DNA of 63,103 nucleotides, filler included, from Octopus bimaculoides (lineage: Eukaryota): NCBI RefSeq assembly GCF_001194135.2. It is 9 parts of 9 records of this genome, joined end to end, with 100 filler letters (N's around TTAATTAATTAA, not from the genome) between each part and the next. Parts side by side here need not be neighbours in the genome. Positions count along the whole stretch, not along the records: positions 38,045 to 42,271 come from NC_068992.1; positions 42,372 to 60,355 come from NC_069007.1; 7 more parts are not named here. The stretch is one strand, 5' to 3'. The translations under genes were made by a program, and so were the position numbers. Below, piece by piece: positions 39,314 through 52,915 of the stretch. The notes beneath the pieces are model-generated. The model made no database searches. It was not told the origin of the DNA and saw only the letters and a program-made list of their open reading frames with translations. How positions within the stretch are numbered: the first letter of the stretch is position 1; each line of letters opens with the position of its first letter.

Positions 39314-39656
39314 CGATGATGAATAAAGGAACAGAGTAATAGATGTCAAAAATGGAAAATAAACAAATATATAAAATGGTCCTAGCAGAAAACGAAGCCA
39401 TATGGAGAATCTCAAAAGCGGAAGTTGAATATATATATATAGACAAGAGCTGTGTAATCTAAATATTATTGAAGGTGAAACAATTCTGTAGAGCAAATCT
39501 ATTCAAATTGGAAACGATAAATATATGAGAGCAAGAAATAACGGTGGTATTACACACATACACACACATTCACATACATATATATATATACACAATATCA
39601 TAGGATTGTGGACATCACACATGCAGACACTACTTCGGTTTATTTCAGGCGCATGA

Positions 39657-39703
<47 letters not shown>

Positions 39704-40909
39704 CACGTGTGTGTGTTTGTGAGTATATATGTATGCATGGATGTATGAATGTATGCAATGTATGCATATATGTATATGCATACACATTATACATACATGC
39801 ACATTACATATACATTACATCTATATAACTATATCTGCTTATCAATATATGGTTACATATGCACAAATATATACACATGTACATATATTCAAATGTACAT
39901 ATAAATGCTTACGTACATCATGTGTGTGTGTGTGTGTATATNNNNNNNNNNNNNNNNNNNNNNNNNNNNNNNNNNNNNNNNNNNNNNNNNNNNNNNNNNN
40001 NNNNNNNNNNNNNNNNNNNNNNNNNNNNNNNNNNNNNNNNNNNNNNNNNNNNNNNNNNNNNNNNNNNNNNNNNNNNNNNNNNNNNNNNNNNNNNNNNNNN
40101 NNNNNNNNNNNNNNNNNNNNNNNNNNNNNNNNNNNNNNNNNNNNNNNNNNNNNNNNNNNNNNNNNNNNNNNNNNNNNNNNNNNNNNNNNNNNNNNNNNNN
40201 NNNNNNNNNNNNNNNNNNNNNNNNNNNNNNNNNNNNNNNNNNNNNNNNNNNNNNNNNNNNNNNNNNNNNNNNNNNNNNNNNNNNNNNNNNNNNNNNNNNN
40301 NNNNNNNNNNNNNNNNNNNNNNNNNNNNNNNNNNNNNNNNNNNNNNNNNNNNNNNNNNNNNNNNNNNNNNNNNNNNNNNNNNNNNNNNNNNNNNNNNNNN
40401 NNNNNNNNNNNNNNNNNNNNNNNNNNNNNNNNNNNNNNNNNNNNNNNNNNNNNNNNNNNNNNNNNNNNNNNNNNNATGTACAAATATAAATATATACATA
40501 TGTGTTTGTGTGTGTGTGTGTGTATCTATAAAAACAGCCCTCTGAATACGTGTGGAGAGAGAATGAGAGACATAGAGAGAGGGGGGAAAGAAAAAGAGAG
40601 AAGCTATAAGGATATAACGAGAGCGAGGAGAGCTAATAATTATTCTTAACGTTTACCATGTTTTTTAACAAAGTCAATCGTTTTTTTTCCTCCTTTTGGT
40701 TTTATGGTTATTTTACAACCTCCGTTCATGACTTTTGTTATTGTCATCAGTTACAGCAGGGGACTGCGTTCTTTATACCCACCAGCCGATTGTATACAGT
40801 CTATATCTACCCTGCCTACCAGTAGATTGCGTCTATACCCCCATTTCTGCACAAATTCCCCCTAAGATCAAGCTGAGCAAATCCAACAAGTCTTATATGT
40901 GTCATGCGA

Positions 40910-41145
40910 AATAATAATAATAACAATAATAATAATAATGGTTTCAGATTTTGCAAGAAGGTCAGTAATTCTAGGGAAGGAGATGAATCAATTACATCGA
41001 CTCCAGTGTTCAACAGGTACTTATTTTATCGACCCAAAACGATGAAAAGCAAAGTCGACCATAGCGGAATTTGAACTCAGGAATGAGCGACGAGCGAAAT
41101 GCCGCTAAGCATTTCCTCCATCGTGCTAATGATTCTGCCAGCTAA
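40910..41145 (-). mobile_element. SINE family A (also 51900-52050 +, 57640-57895 -, 59090-59340 +, 62400-62595 -)
   Basis: gtacttattttatcgaccc..gatgaaa..caaagtcgacc..ggaatttgaactcag is shared among copies. Confidence 0.85.
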
Positions 41146-41842
41146 AAATGATAATCTTTCTACTATGAGTTTTGATATTAGTTACTTGATTTATCATAAT
41201 TCTATGTAAGATAGTACCGATTACATCGTGATAATTGTTTACTTTTTACCTTATCGATTAAATCCCTCCCTTCTTTTATTCCTTAATATTGTATTTGAAT
41301 CCCACTACTAAGCTAATGTAATATATATATATATTTTAAACTTTGATGGCTACAATCTGAATGTAACCTGATTTATTTTATTTTATTATTTATAATTTAT
41401 ATTTTCTATATTATCTTGTTTACATAACCTTAAAACAAGTCTCATAACTATTCTAAACTTAAAATGAAATATAATTATTTGATTTGATTATTCACAATTG
41501 AGTGAATTATATAAATCAAAAATATTATTTACTAGATTTACCTTTCTTTGACCATTAATTTATACTTTTGTTAAGATATATAACAGATAATTTTCTTTCT
41601 TCGTTTTATTTACTTTCAAAAGTCCAACGGTTTTTATTGAATTTACAGCGTCGATTGCTTGTCGCTACTTAACATCTTAGGTTAATATCCTAAGTTAACA
41701 ACTCTACTTACTTACTTTACGGTTTTCTTAACCGATATTGTAAGCAGTTTCAATATGTTCATATCGTTACAACTTGTTTATACACATGTAATTTAAGGAC
41801 AACTATTAATGCTGTCTGTTGTTTGCTGTCTGCTGTGAATTA

Positions 41843-41896
41843 ATGAAACTTGACCCTGAAGAGATGCAAGACCCCATATTCTTATCGCAGACAAGA
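41843..41896 (+). CDS. Candidate first coding exon MKLDPEEMQDPIFLSQTR (phase 0)
   Basis: ATG to consensus donor aga|gtgagt, preceded by about 250 bp of unique non-repeat sequence. Product not recognised. Confidence 0.3.
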
Positions 41897-41917
41897 GTGA
41901 GTCGGGATATTGCATTG

Positions 41918-42271
41918 AAATGTGCATAGGTTATTAAACAAGTTTTTACTATGGATTGCGTTATGGCTCTTATTTAAATTGATATGCACACAAAATTGCC
42001 TTATAAACAACTTTTCATGTGAGAATTTTGCTACGTTGATAACAGGTACAATATTTTTACCAAATATTTGGTAGAAATTTAAATATACATATATATATAT
42101 GTATATTTAAATTTCTACCAAATATTTGGTAAAAATATTGTACCTGTTATCAACGTAGCAAAATTCTCACATGAAAAGTTGTTTATAAGGCAATTTTGTG
42201 TGCATATCAATTTAAATAAGAGCCATAACGCAATCCATAGTAAAAACTTGTTTAATAACCTATGCACATTT
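41918..42271. repeat. Perfect 354-bp palindrome centred on (AT)n, ending at a gap
   Basis: 177-bp arms, no loop, no mismatch seen; centre 42094/42095. Confidence 0.93.
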
Positions 42272-42371
42272 NNNNNNNNNNNNNNNNNNNNNNNNNNNNN
42301 NNNNNNNNNNNNNNNTTAATTAATTAANNNNNNNNNNNNNNNNNNNNNNNNNNNNNNNNNNNNNNNNNNNN

Positions 42372-42414
<43 letters not shown>

Positions 42415-42717
42415 ATATATATATATATATATAAATATGGTTCATGTACTGACAAGGGAGATGACCATTCCACAGCAAGCGAGGTCACTATACTAGGAAA
42501 CTAGTTTCACTTGGAATTAAAGTTCATCAGTAGTGGTCACTTCATCACTGATGGTGAAGCTAAATCCTGCTTGTCAGTATATAGTATTTACCAAAGGAAT
42601 CAATGGATTATTGAGCAAAATGGTAATATGAAAATTATAAAATTACAAAGGTGGCTAGATGCAATACAAAAGCAAAAAGGAAAAATTCAATTTTCACTAA
42701 TAGTGACTGATGTGTAC

Positions 42718-42868
42718 TTTCAGTTTCCATCTACCAAATCCACTCACAAGGCTTTGGTTAGCCTAGGGCTGTAGTAAAAGACACTTGCTTAAGATGCCAC
42801 GCAGTGGGACTGAACCCAGAACCATTTGGCTGGAAGCAAGCTTCTTACCAACACAGCTGCGCCTGTGC
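42718..42868 (-). mobile_element. SINE family B head (also 44870-44965, 48030-48130, 53840-53987, all minus)
   Basis: tttcagtttccatctaccaaatccactcacaaggctttgg..gacacttgc..gtgggactgaaccc. Confidence 0.88.
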
Positions 42869-44233
42869 ATAGATATTAATTATTTAATTACACAACTAAC
42901 AAATGCTCAATATGCAAATTAGTTAAGTATCTACAAACAAGTCCTAGTTTGTGTTTGATTTAAATAGTAACTGGTTGCAAGCTCTGGGTTACTGAGCAGA
43001 GGAATGAATGATGTAGCCATCCATCCTCAGATGAGTGATCAATAAGCATGAAACATGTCATGATAATCTCTTTTTATTTTTCTGTGCACGAAGAGAATGA
43101 TGAACCATTGGCATAGAAACATCACTACCCCTCCCTCTCAAATACTAAACCCACGCCCATTTAGTCAAGGATTTTTTTTTTTTTCTGTTCCCCCCTTTTT
43201 ACCTTCCTGTTCTTTCCTTGTCTGCTAAGTGACTTAGTAGACCTCATTAGTGCAGGTGGGAAGGTAAAAGTATCCAGTACACTCTGTAAAGTGGTTGGCA
43301 TTAGGAAGGGTATTCAGCTGAACGAACCATGCCAAAGCTGATGCCGGTGCTAAATGTGGCCCTACAACTTACCAGATCCTGTCACACTGTCCAACCCATG
43401 CCAACATGGAAAACGAATGTTAAATGACGATGAAACATTTGGCAGCGTAACCTGAATGCTAAAGGGTTAAATGTCTTGACTAAGGACAAAGTGGAGTACA
43501 GGTGACTCAAAACTAATGACTAACCAGCTGACTGGTCATCTGGTACATTATCAACTCTGGCTATCTTACTCTTTATGTTTAGACAGACAGCATGGATTAT
43601 ATTAAACAAGATCTAACATGAAGTTGACATAAACCTCACTGTTTACTACTCAAAAAAATAAGATATCGAGTTCAGCTCAAAAAAGCTTAACACTTTGCCT
43701 GTCAAGTCCATTTTGCATTATATTTTCTTTCATACCATAATCATCATCATTTAACATCCACTTTCCATGTTGGCATGGGTAGGATGGTTTGACAAGATTT
43801 GGTGTTCTTGTCCCATTCTGTATTATATATATATATATATATATATATATNNNNNNNNNNNNNNNNNNNNNNNNNNNNNNNNNNNNNNNNNNNNNNNNNN
43901 NNNNNNNNNNNNNNNNNNNNNNNNNNNNNNNNNNNNNNNNNNNNNNNNNNNNNNNNNNNNNNNNNNNNNNNNNNNNNNNNNNNNNNNNNNNNNNNNNNNN
44001 NNNNNNNNNNNNNNNNNNNNNNNNNNNNNNNNNNNNNNNNNNNNNNNNNNNNNNNNNNNNNNNNACTTATACATATGCAACAGTGTTTCATGAAAACTAC
44101 AATACTATATGTATGTATGTGTGTGTATGTCATCATCATCATCATCATCATCATCGTTTAACGTCCGCTTTCCATGCTAGCATGGGTTGGACAATTTGAA
44201 TGAGGACTGGTGAAACCGGATGGCAACACCAGG

Positions 44234-44294
<61 letters not shown>

Positions 44295-45465
44295 CAACAC
44301 ATGCATATGACAGACTTTTATACAGTTTCCAATTACCTGACACATATACATTTTCATTAAACTTTATTATTCACAATTTTGTATGTTTATAGCTGTGATT
44401 CCCTTTTATATGAGCCATTTCTGTAGAAACCTTGTAGTCAACAACTCAATCACTATTTCATTCCACCAGTTCAATTCTACCATTATAGGTTATCGCTAGC
44501 AGATTTCTCTTGCATCATCAGTGAGAAAATGGTAAAAAATCAAAGACAGATGTTCGCTCAACATTCTCCAAGAGCTACAGAAATATTGATTACTGTGATT
44601 AAAAACAGTAATGTTCTGTAGATAAACAGGTGTGAGGGAGATTCTTCTGGCGGTATTATAGAATGTAACTTGGAAGACAAAGGACTTTCGTTAACCGTTT
44701 GATGAAGTGGTGATTATGTACAAGTCATCAGCATTATCATCATCATCATTACCATCGTTAATGATGAAATTGTGATTATGTGAATGCAGCTACCACCAGC
44801 ATCATTATCAATGATCAAAACGGTGATTATGTTAATGAAGCCATCATGCACGCACACACACACAAAGATAGGTTTCTTTCAGTTTCCATCTGCCTAATCC
44901 ACTCACAAAGCTCTGGTCAGCTGAGGGCGATGGTAGAAGACACTTGCCTAAGGTGCCACTCAGAGGCACCACCATCATCATCATCATCAATGGTGTAACA
45001 ATAACTATATCAAAGTCACCATCACTGTCAACGATGAAACTAATTATGTGAACACAGCCACCATCATCACCACCACCACCATCATGACAATGATGTAACA
45101 ACTATGCCAAAGCCATTACTACCAGAATCATCATCATCATCATCACCATCACTACCAGTGACGCAACAATAGCTGTGTCAAAGTCACATCATCCCAATCG
45201 CTTATGATGTAACAAAAAACAATGCCACCACCATATTCACCACTACCACCACCACCACCACCATCATCAATGATGTAACAATAATCATATCAAAGTTACC
45301 GTCATCACCATCCTCATCATAATTACCACCACCACTGCCACCACCATCCACACCCAATAATGTAACAACAACTAAGGCAAAGCTATCACCAACATCATCC
45401 TCCAATAACGAAACAGTCGTTATGTGAACACAGACAAAATTATCAACATCACCACTAACATAAGT

Positions 45466-45659
45466 AGAGGCAGTGAGCTGGCAGAATCGTTAGCTGGTGT
45501 GTTTACGTCCCCATGAACTTAGCGGTTCGGCAAAAGGAGACCGATAGAATAAGTACTAGGCTTACAAAGTATAAGTCCTGGGGTCGATTTTCTCGACCAA
45601 AGGCGGTGCTCCAGCATGGCCGCAGTTAAATGACTGAAACAAGTAAAAGAGTAAAAGAG

Positions 45660-45704
<45 letters not shown>

Positions 45705-45799
45705 ATGTATATGTTTGTGTGTCTGTGTTTGTCCCCCAACATCGCTTGACAACCGATCCTGGTGTGTTTACGTCCCCGTAACTTAGTGGTTCGGCAAAA
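45466..45799 (+). mobile_element. Chimeric SINE: family A head fused to family B tail, followed by a second B tail
   Basis: gaggcagtgagctggcagaatcgttagc joins tggtgtgtttacgtcccc..gaaacaagtaaaagag. Confidence 0.8.
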
Positions 45800-48774
45800 N
45801 NNNNNNNNNNNNNNNNNNNNNNNNNNNNNNNNNNNNNNNNNNNNNNNNNNNNNNNNNNNNNNNNNNNNNNNNNNNNNNNNNNNNNNNNNNNNNNNNNNNN
45901 NNNNNNNNNNNNNNNNNNNNNNNNNNNNNNNNNNNNNNNNNNNNNNNNNNNNNNNNNNNNNNNNNNNNNNNNNNNNNNNNNNNNNNNNNNNNNNNNNNNN
46001 NNNNNNNNNNNNNNNNNNNNNNNNNNNNNNNNNNNNNNNNNNNNNNNNNNNNNNNNNNNNNNNNNNNNNNNNNNNNNNNNNNNNNNNNNNNNNNNNNNNN
46101 NNNNNNNNNNNNNNNNNNNNNNNNNNNNNNNNNNNNNNNNNNNNNNNNNNNNNNNNNNNNNNNNNNNNNNNNNNNNNNNNNNNNNNNNNNNNNNNNNNNN
46201 NNNNNNNNNNNNNNNNNNNNNNNNNNNNNNNNNNNNNNNNNNNNNNNNNNNNNNNNNNNNNNNNNNNNNNNNNNNNNNNNNNNNNNNNNNNNNNNNNNNN
46301 NNNNNNNNNNNNNNNNNNNNNNNNNNNNNNNNNNNNNNNNNNNNNNNNNNNNNNNNNNNNNNNNNNNNNNNNNNNNNNNNNNNNNNNNNNNNNNNNNNNN
46401 NNNNNNNNNNNNNNNNNNNNNNNNNNNNNNNNNNNNNNNNNNNNNNNNNNNNNNNNNNNNNNNNNNNNNNNNNNNNNNNNNNNNNNNNNNNNNNNNNNNN
46501 NNNNNNNNNNNGGGGGGGGGGAAGTGGTCTTGTCATCGTTATCGTTATTACATTGATTAAAATGCCAGTAATTCTGTCAGATGATTATGTAAATTTAAAC
46601 AGCTACATGATTGGCTGGACTAATTGTTTAACAGCTGGGAGTATTTAAATGAAGGTTTCGAAGAGGTTCAACACAATCTGATCCAAAGATCCAGTTTTTT
46701 CAGAGAGACGACAAGGCTAGAAGATAATTTTTTATATATCCACCTTAGTTCCCCTCAATGAAGGCACATGGCTCAGTGGTTAGAGCGTCAGACTCACAAT
46801 CATGAGGTGGTATGTTGTGTTCTTGAGCAAGACACAAAGCGCCAGGACTTTTGGTCTCCACTCATCTCCTCTGTGAGGCCCAACATCTGAAGATCCTTTC
46901 TTGCCATTTCACCCCACATTTCTCTGGGTCTACCCCTTCCACATGTTCACTCCACATGTTCACTCCACATGTTCAATCGACACCTCTTGATGCAAGTGTC
47001 TTCCTTTACATCGAGGCATAATTTAGTCATTTCAAAAACAGACACAGAATAATAAAGCAGAAGACCAAATTAAGTCGTGGTGCCGACACGACTGACTAAA
47101 ATTAATCCTTGAAAGCGATGTCCCAGCATGGCCATATGGCCAATGAGTGAGACCAGTAAAAAACAATAAAAGAAAGAAAAACAAACATACAAAAACACTG
47201 ATGCAGACATCTTTGGTGCAGTGTTTTTGGCTGCCAACAAAATGCTTCAAGAATTTTGTAGAAATTACATTCTATTTATCAAATACTACAAATATATAAA
47301 TGNNNNNNNNNNNNNNNNNNNNNNNNNNNNNNNNNNNNNNNNNNNNNNNNNNNNNNNNNNNNNNNNNNNNNNNNNNNNNNNNNNNNNNNNNNNNNNNNNN
47401 NNNNNNNNNNNNNNNNNNNNNNNNNNNNNNNNNNNNNNNNNNNNNNNNNNNNNNNNNNNNNNNNNNNNNNNNNNNNNNNNNNNNNNNNNNNNNNNNNNNN
47501 NNNNNNNNNNNNNNNNNNNNNNNNNNNNNNNNNNNNNNNNNNNNNNNNNNNNNNNNNNNNNNNNNNNNNNNNNNNNNNNNNNNNNNNNNNNNNNNNNNNN
47601 NNNNNNNNNNNNNNNNNNNNNNNNNNNNNNNNNNNNNNNNNNNNNNNNNNNNNNNNNNNNNNNNNNNNNNNNNNNNNNNNNNNNNNNNNNNNNNNNNNNN
47701 NNNNNNNNNNNNNNNNNNNNNNNNNNNNNNNNNNNNNNNNNNNNNNNNNNNNNNNNNNNNNNNNNNNNNNNNNNNNNNNNNNNNNNNNNNNNNNNNNNNN
47801 NNNNNNNNNNNNNNNNNNNNNNNNNNNNNNNNNNNNNNNNNNNNNNNNNNNNNNNNNNNNNNNNNNNNNNNNNNNNNNNNNNNNNNNNNNNNNNNNNNNN
47901 NNNNNNNNNNNNNNNNNNNNNNNNNNNNNNNNNNNNNNNNNNNNNNNNNNNNNNNNNNNNNNNNNNNNNNNNNNNNNNNNNNNNNNNNNNNNNNNNNNNN
48001 NNNNNNNNNNNNNNNNNNNNNNNNNNNAGGCTATAGCAGAAGACACTTGTCCAAGGTGTTGTGCAGAAGGACTGAAAGCAGATTCATGTGTTTGAGAAAC
48101 AAATTTCTTACTACACAGCCACGCCTGTGCTTATAACCTGGTAACAAAAAAAAAAAAAAGAAGGTTGTACTGCCTGAACTTCACAGTTGAGTGGTTACTA
48201 TTAACAGGGTGGTGCCCAGGTTTTAAGAATTTTCATTACTAACATTACTACACCAACAACAAAACTTGCCTCACCGACGCAGGTAAAGGCTAATGGTGAA
48301 CAGTGTGGAAAATAAAAATACTTCACCCATTTTCTCATGACTCACCCTATCATGTTTACATGGGGGAGAGATGTAATTACACCATAGATCTGTTATGGAC
48401 CTTTGGATTCATAAGGCTAGAGCTTAATGTGGTTTCCATGGCGTATAAATGACTGGCATTACAACACGTCCCACTCTGAATGGGACACTGGATTAATCTG
48501 TTTCTGTGGTGCTTAAGTGACAAATTACAACACACTCCAGCCAACAAGACACTGGTCAGTTACAGGGTTGACTGCTCAACTATTGCTAGAACTCATTTTG
48601 CAGCTGAGTGGGCAAGACGAATGTGAAATGAAGTGTCCTGTTGAAGAACACAATGCATTACCAGGTCCAGGAATCAAAACCATGATCTTACAATCACAAG
48701 TAAAATACCCTGACCATTAGGCCACACCCCTTCACCAAATTCCTGTCTTGGAAAGAGAAACCAACACATTAGAT

Positions 48775-49059
48775 CAGTGGTTTTCAAACTGTGGTCCGCG
48801 GACCACAGGGGGTCTGCAAGGACAAGACAGGGGGTCTGTGAACAGCAAATACTTTTTATGGGCAATTTGATTTTATATATGTTTTTTAATCGAAATCTTT
48901 TAATTGACAATAAACCTATTTGTTAAATACTGTTAAATAAACAAATGTAAAAATATATGTTATTTTAAGCAAATATTTATGTAAAAATTTCATAAGCGTT
49001 TATAAGGTAAAGCCTGAAATATAAAGGGGTCCGCAAGTCAAAAAGTTTGAAAACCCCTG
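48775..49059. mobile_element. hAT-type MITE with 8-bp TSD (duplicated at 49264-49548)
   Basis: Terminal inverted repeats cagtggttttcaaac / gtttgaaaacccctg; TSD CATTAGAT on both sides. Confidence 0.92.
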
Positions 49060-50750
49060 CATTAGATAATGTGNNNNNNNNNNNNNNNNNNNNNNNNNGG
49101 GCAAGACGAATGTGAAATGAAGTGTCCTGTTGAAGAACACAATGCATTACCAGGTCCAGGAATCAAAACCATGATCTTACAATCACAAGTAAAATACCCT
49201 GACCATTAGGCCACACCCCTTCACCAAATTCCTGTCTTGGAAAGAGAAACCAACACATTAGATCAGTGGTTTTCAAACTGTGGTCCGCGGACCACAGGGG
49301 GTCTGCAAGGACAAGACAGGGGGTCCGTAGACAGCAAATACTTTTTATGGGCAATTTGATTTTATATATGTTTTTTAATCGAAATCTTTTAATTGACAAT
49401 AAACCTATTTGTTAAATACTGTTAAATAAACAAATGTAAAAATATATGTTATTTTAAGCAAATATTTATGTAAAAATTTCATAAGCGTTTATAAGGTAAA
49501 GCCTGAAATATAAAGGGGTCCGCAAGTCAAAAAGTTTGAAAACCCCTGCATTAGATAATGTGATATGTAATACAGGTGTGCTGTGTCCTCTCGCTACCTT
49601 TTCTACAGCTACTTTAATGGCTTCTGCTCCTTGGAAACTGGTTGGATTTTTGTCATACACTCAAACACTCCAGTTCCATTTGTCTCTTCTCCCATCACCC
49701 TTGTTCCCCCCTCCACACAGTAATTATTATACCTAGTTCTTACTCCCCTCTGGAATTCTCTCCTTGCTCACATCTTTCTTGTAAGTGTTCACTTAGAAAG
49801 GTTCGGGAGCCTATGTTAACGACATCGATCCTGCCAGTCACATGGGGCTGCAAAAAGTCCAGGGCACTGCCCCTTCCACCAGACCCAGCAAGCAAAATGA
49901 AATAAAAAATCTCAGCCTGAATAATGGACAAAATGTTTATGGCTGGAATGTCCTTTTGGTCAAAGGTCTTCTTCGTTAGAGGAACTGACATTTCATCAGC
50001 ATGTTAATTACAGTCGGATGCCCTTTCTGTCACCAACCCTCACCAAGCAAGGAAATATTTCCTCATAGTAACATGTTTCGAGAAAAGACAAAAAATGAAT
50101 GACATCATTTGTATGTTGATGATTCTCATTTACAACTGTTGGGTGATGTCAAGACAGAGACACATGCAAACACACACACACACACACACAAGCAATGCCC
50201 CAGCATGACAGCCCCAGTATGGTCACAGCCTCTGACTAAAACCAGTAAAAAAAATTTTTTAATTTTTAATAATTTAAAAATACATATACAGCAGGCTTTT
50301 TTCGCACTCCATCTACCAAATGGGGTTCACTCCCAAAATTTTGACCAGCCCAGAACTACAGAGTGCCCAAAGTGCCACACTGTGGGACTGAACTTAAAAG
50401 TCACGTAGTTGAAATGCAAACTTCCTAACCACACTACCAGGCTTGTACCTATAGAAATTTGTACCAAACCACACCTGTTTGAAAGGGGCCACAGAAGCTA
50501 TAGACACCAACTAAAATTTAATAAAATAAAACAAAACTGAACTATGAATATGATAAACTATCAATATGACACTCTATTGGTTTGGCTATCATTAGTAACT
50601 GATCTATTAGCTCAACCATATCTGCCAAGATTTTGCGCTCAGCAAAATATTTATCCAAGTTATAAATAAAGTTTAAGACATGTTCATTGATTATGATATA
50701 GTACGATTAGTTACTTACACATGATGATGATGACAATAATAATAATAATG

Positions 50751-50783
<33 letters not shown>

Positions 50784-51435
50784 TACCACCACCACTACAG
50801 GACCAATACCCTCCAATCATCTGTGGCCTGCAGACCAGAATTAGAAATCAGTTCTAATTTTAGATCACATTAAATTGGAATGCAGTCTTTTCACATTTAC
50901 AGTTGTAACTCTCCAGTTTAATATCCAATCTATAATATTGGCAATAGTTGTCTGAGATAACACAGTAATTCTCTCTCTCACTCACTCTCTTTCCCTCTCT
51001 CTGTCTGTCAACGTATCTATGTATCACCATTGGTCTGGTAAACTTAAACTTTCTGAGACACGAAGATCCTGTGAGTCACTGCATACTTCCTGCCTCAATA
51101 CTAAATACTAATCCTTTGCCTATCCTGTGTATCACATGTGATACATAGGACATATTTCTCTGTGTCTATCATATATATGTGTGTCATATAGGATACACAG
51201 TCTCAATTTTTCTTTATCAACCACCAGGGCAACTTGGGGATTCATGAAAGGAAAGTTTCATATTGCTCAGAACATCTGAAACAAAGGTTAACTAAAAGTT
51301 TGAAATCAAGCATGGATGTTTAGGACAAACTAATGAAAATGTTTTAGACAGGCAAAGAGTGAACTTTAGGTCTGATAATCAAAGGTGTTCCAGCTGTGAC
51401 CACCCTATTTTTTCAGATATAATATACCTAGGACT

Positions 51436-51642
51436 GTTGTTGTTGTTGGCACTCCGTCGCTTACGACGTCGAGGGTTCCAGTTGATCCGATCGACGGAAC
51501 AGCCTGCTCGTGAAATTAACGTGCAAGTGGCTGAGCACTCCACAGACACGTGTACCCTTAACGTAGTTCTAGGGGAGATTCAGCGTGACACAGTGTGACA
51601 AGGATGATCCTTTGAATTACAGGCACAACAGAAACAGGAAGT
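51436..51642 (-). mobile_element. SINE family D, tail module only
   Basis: Matches 17766-17965; stops at the cttcctgtttc module boundary. Confidence 0.9.
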
Positions 51643-52194
51643 TTTTTTTTTTTTTAAATAAAATGAAAATTTGAGCGAGTTGCATATTGTTATATTCTTT
51701 CTTTCATTTGAAAACATTTAGGAAACAGACATATAAGTGTATGTATATATATTTCCTCCCCAAGTTAGTAAAGTATCAGTCAAGTAGTGGGGTTAATATA
51801 ATAGCCTAATCCACTTCAAGCAAATTGCCAGCCTTATGCAATTATCATTACCACAAAGGCAATAGATTGTCAGAGTTCCTAGAGTGCTGTACCAGAGGCT
51901 TTGCGGTGTTTAGCTCTCACCCTTAACATTCTGGATTCAAAATCTGGAGACCAATAAAATAAAGCACCTGTCGCATATTGAAACTGGTGTAATTGACTAA
52001 CCCCCTCCAGCCCTTAAATTTTTGGCCTTGTGTCTATCTATGTTAAAAAATTATAAATGGTATATTTCGTAGAATAGTAGAAAGAACTTAGCTATGGCTC
52101 TTCACATTCTGAGATTGTGTGTGTGTACTATATCCGCACACATATACACACACACACGCGTGTGTGAACATTTATATATGTACACATCTTTTTT

Positions 52195-52915
52195 TTTTTG
52201 TTTCAGTCATTACAGTTGCCATAATGGGGGCACTGCCTCAAAAGGCTTAGTCAAATAAATCAGCTCCAGCAGGATTTTTTTTTTTTTTGTTTGTTTACTC
52301 TATCCATTTCTTTTGCAAGGAGGCGCAATGGCCCAGTGGTTAGGGCAACGGACTCGCGGTCGGAGGATCGCGGTTTTGTGAGCGGGTGTTGTGAGCGTTT
52401 ATTGAGCGAAAACACCTAAGCTCCATGAGGCTCTGGCAGGGGATGGTGGCGACCCCTGTTGTACTCTTTTGCCCCAACTTTCTCTCACTCTTTCTTCCTG
52501 TTTCTTGAGTAACGCTGCGATGGACTGGCGTCCCGTCCAGCTGGGGGGAATACATACGCCATAGAAACCGGGAAACCAGGCCCATGAGCCTGGCTAGGCT
52601 TTGAAAGTGCGACGTTTATCGTTTTTTATTTCTTTTGCAAAACTGCTAATGTTACAAGGAATGTAAACAAACCTACACTGGTTATCAAGTCGTCATGGGG
52701 GACAAATAGACAAACACAAACACACACATGCATGTGTGTGTGTAAGCATGTATGTATACGAGCTTCTTTCAGTTTCTGTCTATCAAATCCACTCACGAGG
52801 CTTTGGTTGACCCAGGATTACAGCAGAAGACACTTGCCCAAGGTGCCATGCAGTGAGACTGAACCCAGAACCATGTGGTCGGGAAGCAAACTTCTTACCA
52901 CACAGCCACACTTGT
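52195..52915 (-). mobile_element. SINE family B interrupted by a D-headed SINE with a different tail (52319-52627, +)
   Basis: 13-bp TSD ATTTCTTTTGCAA at 52306-52318 and 52628-52640. Confidence 0.92.
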
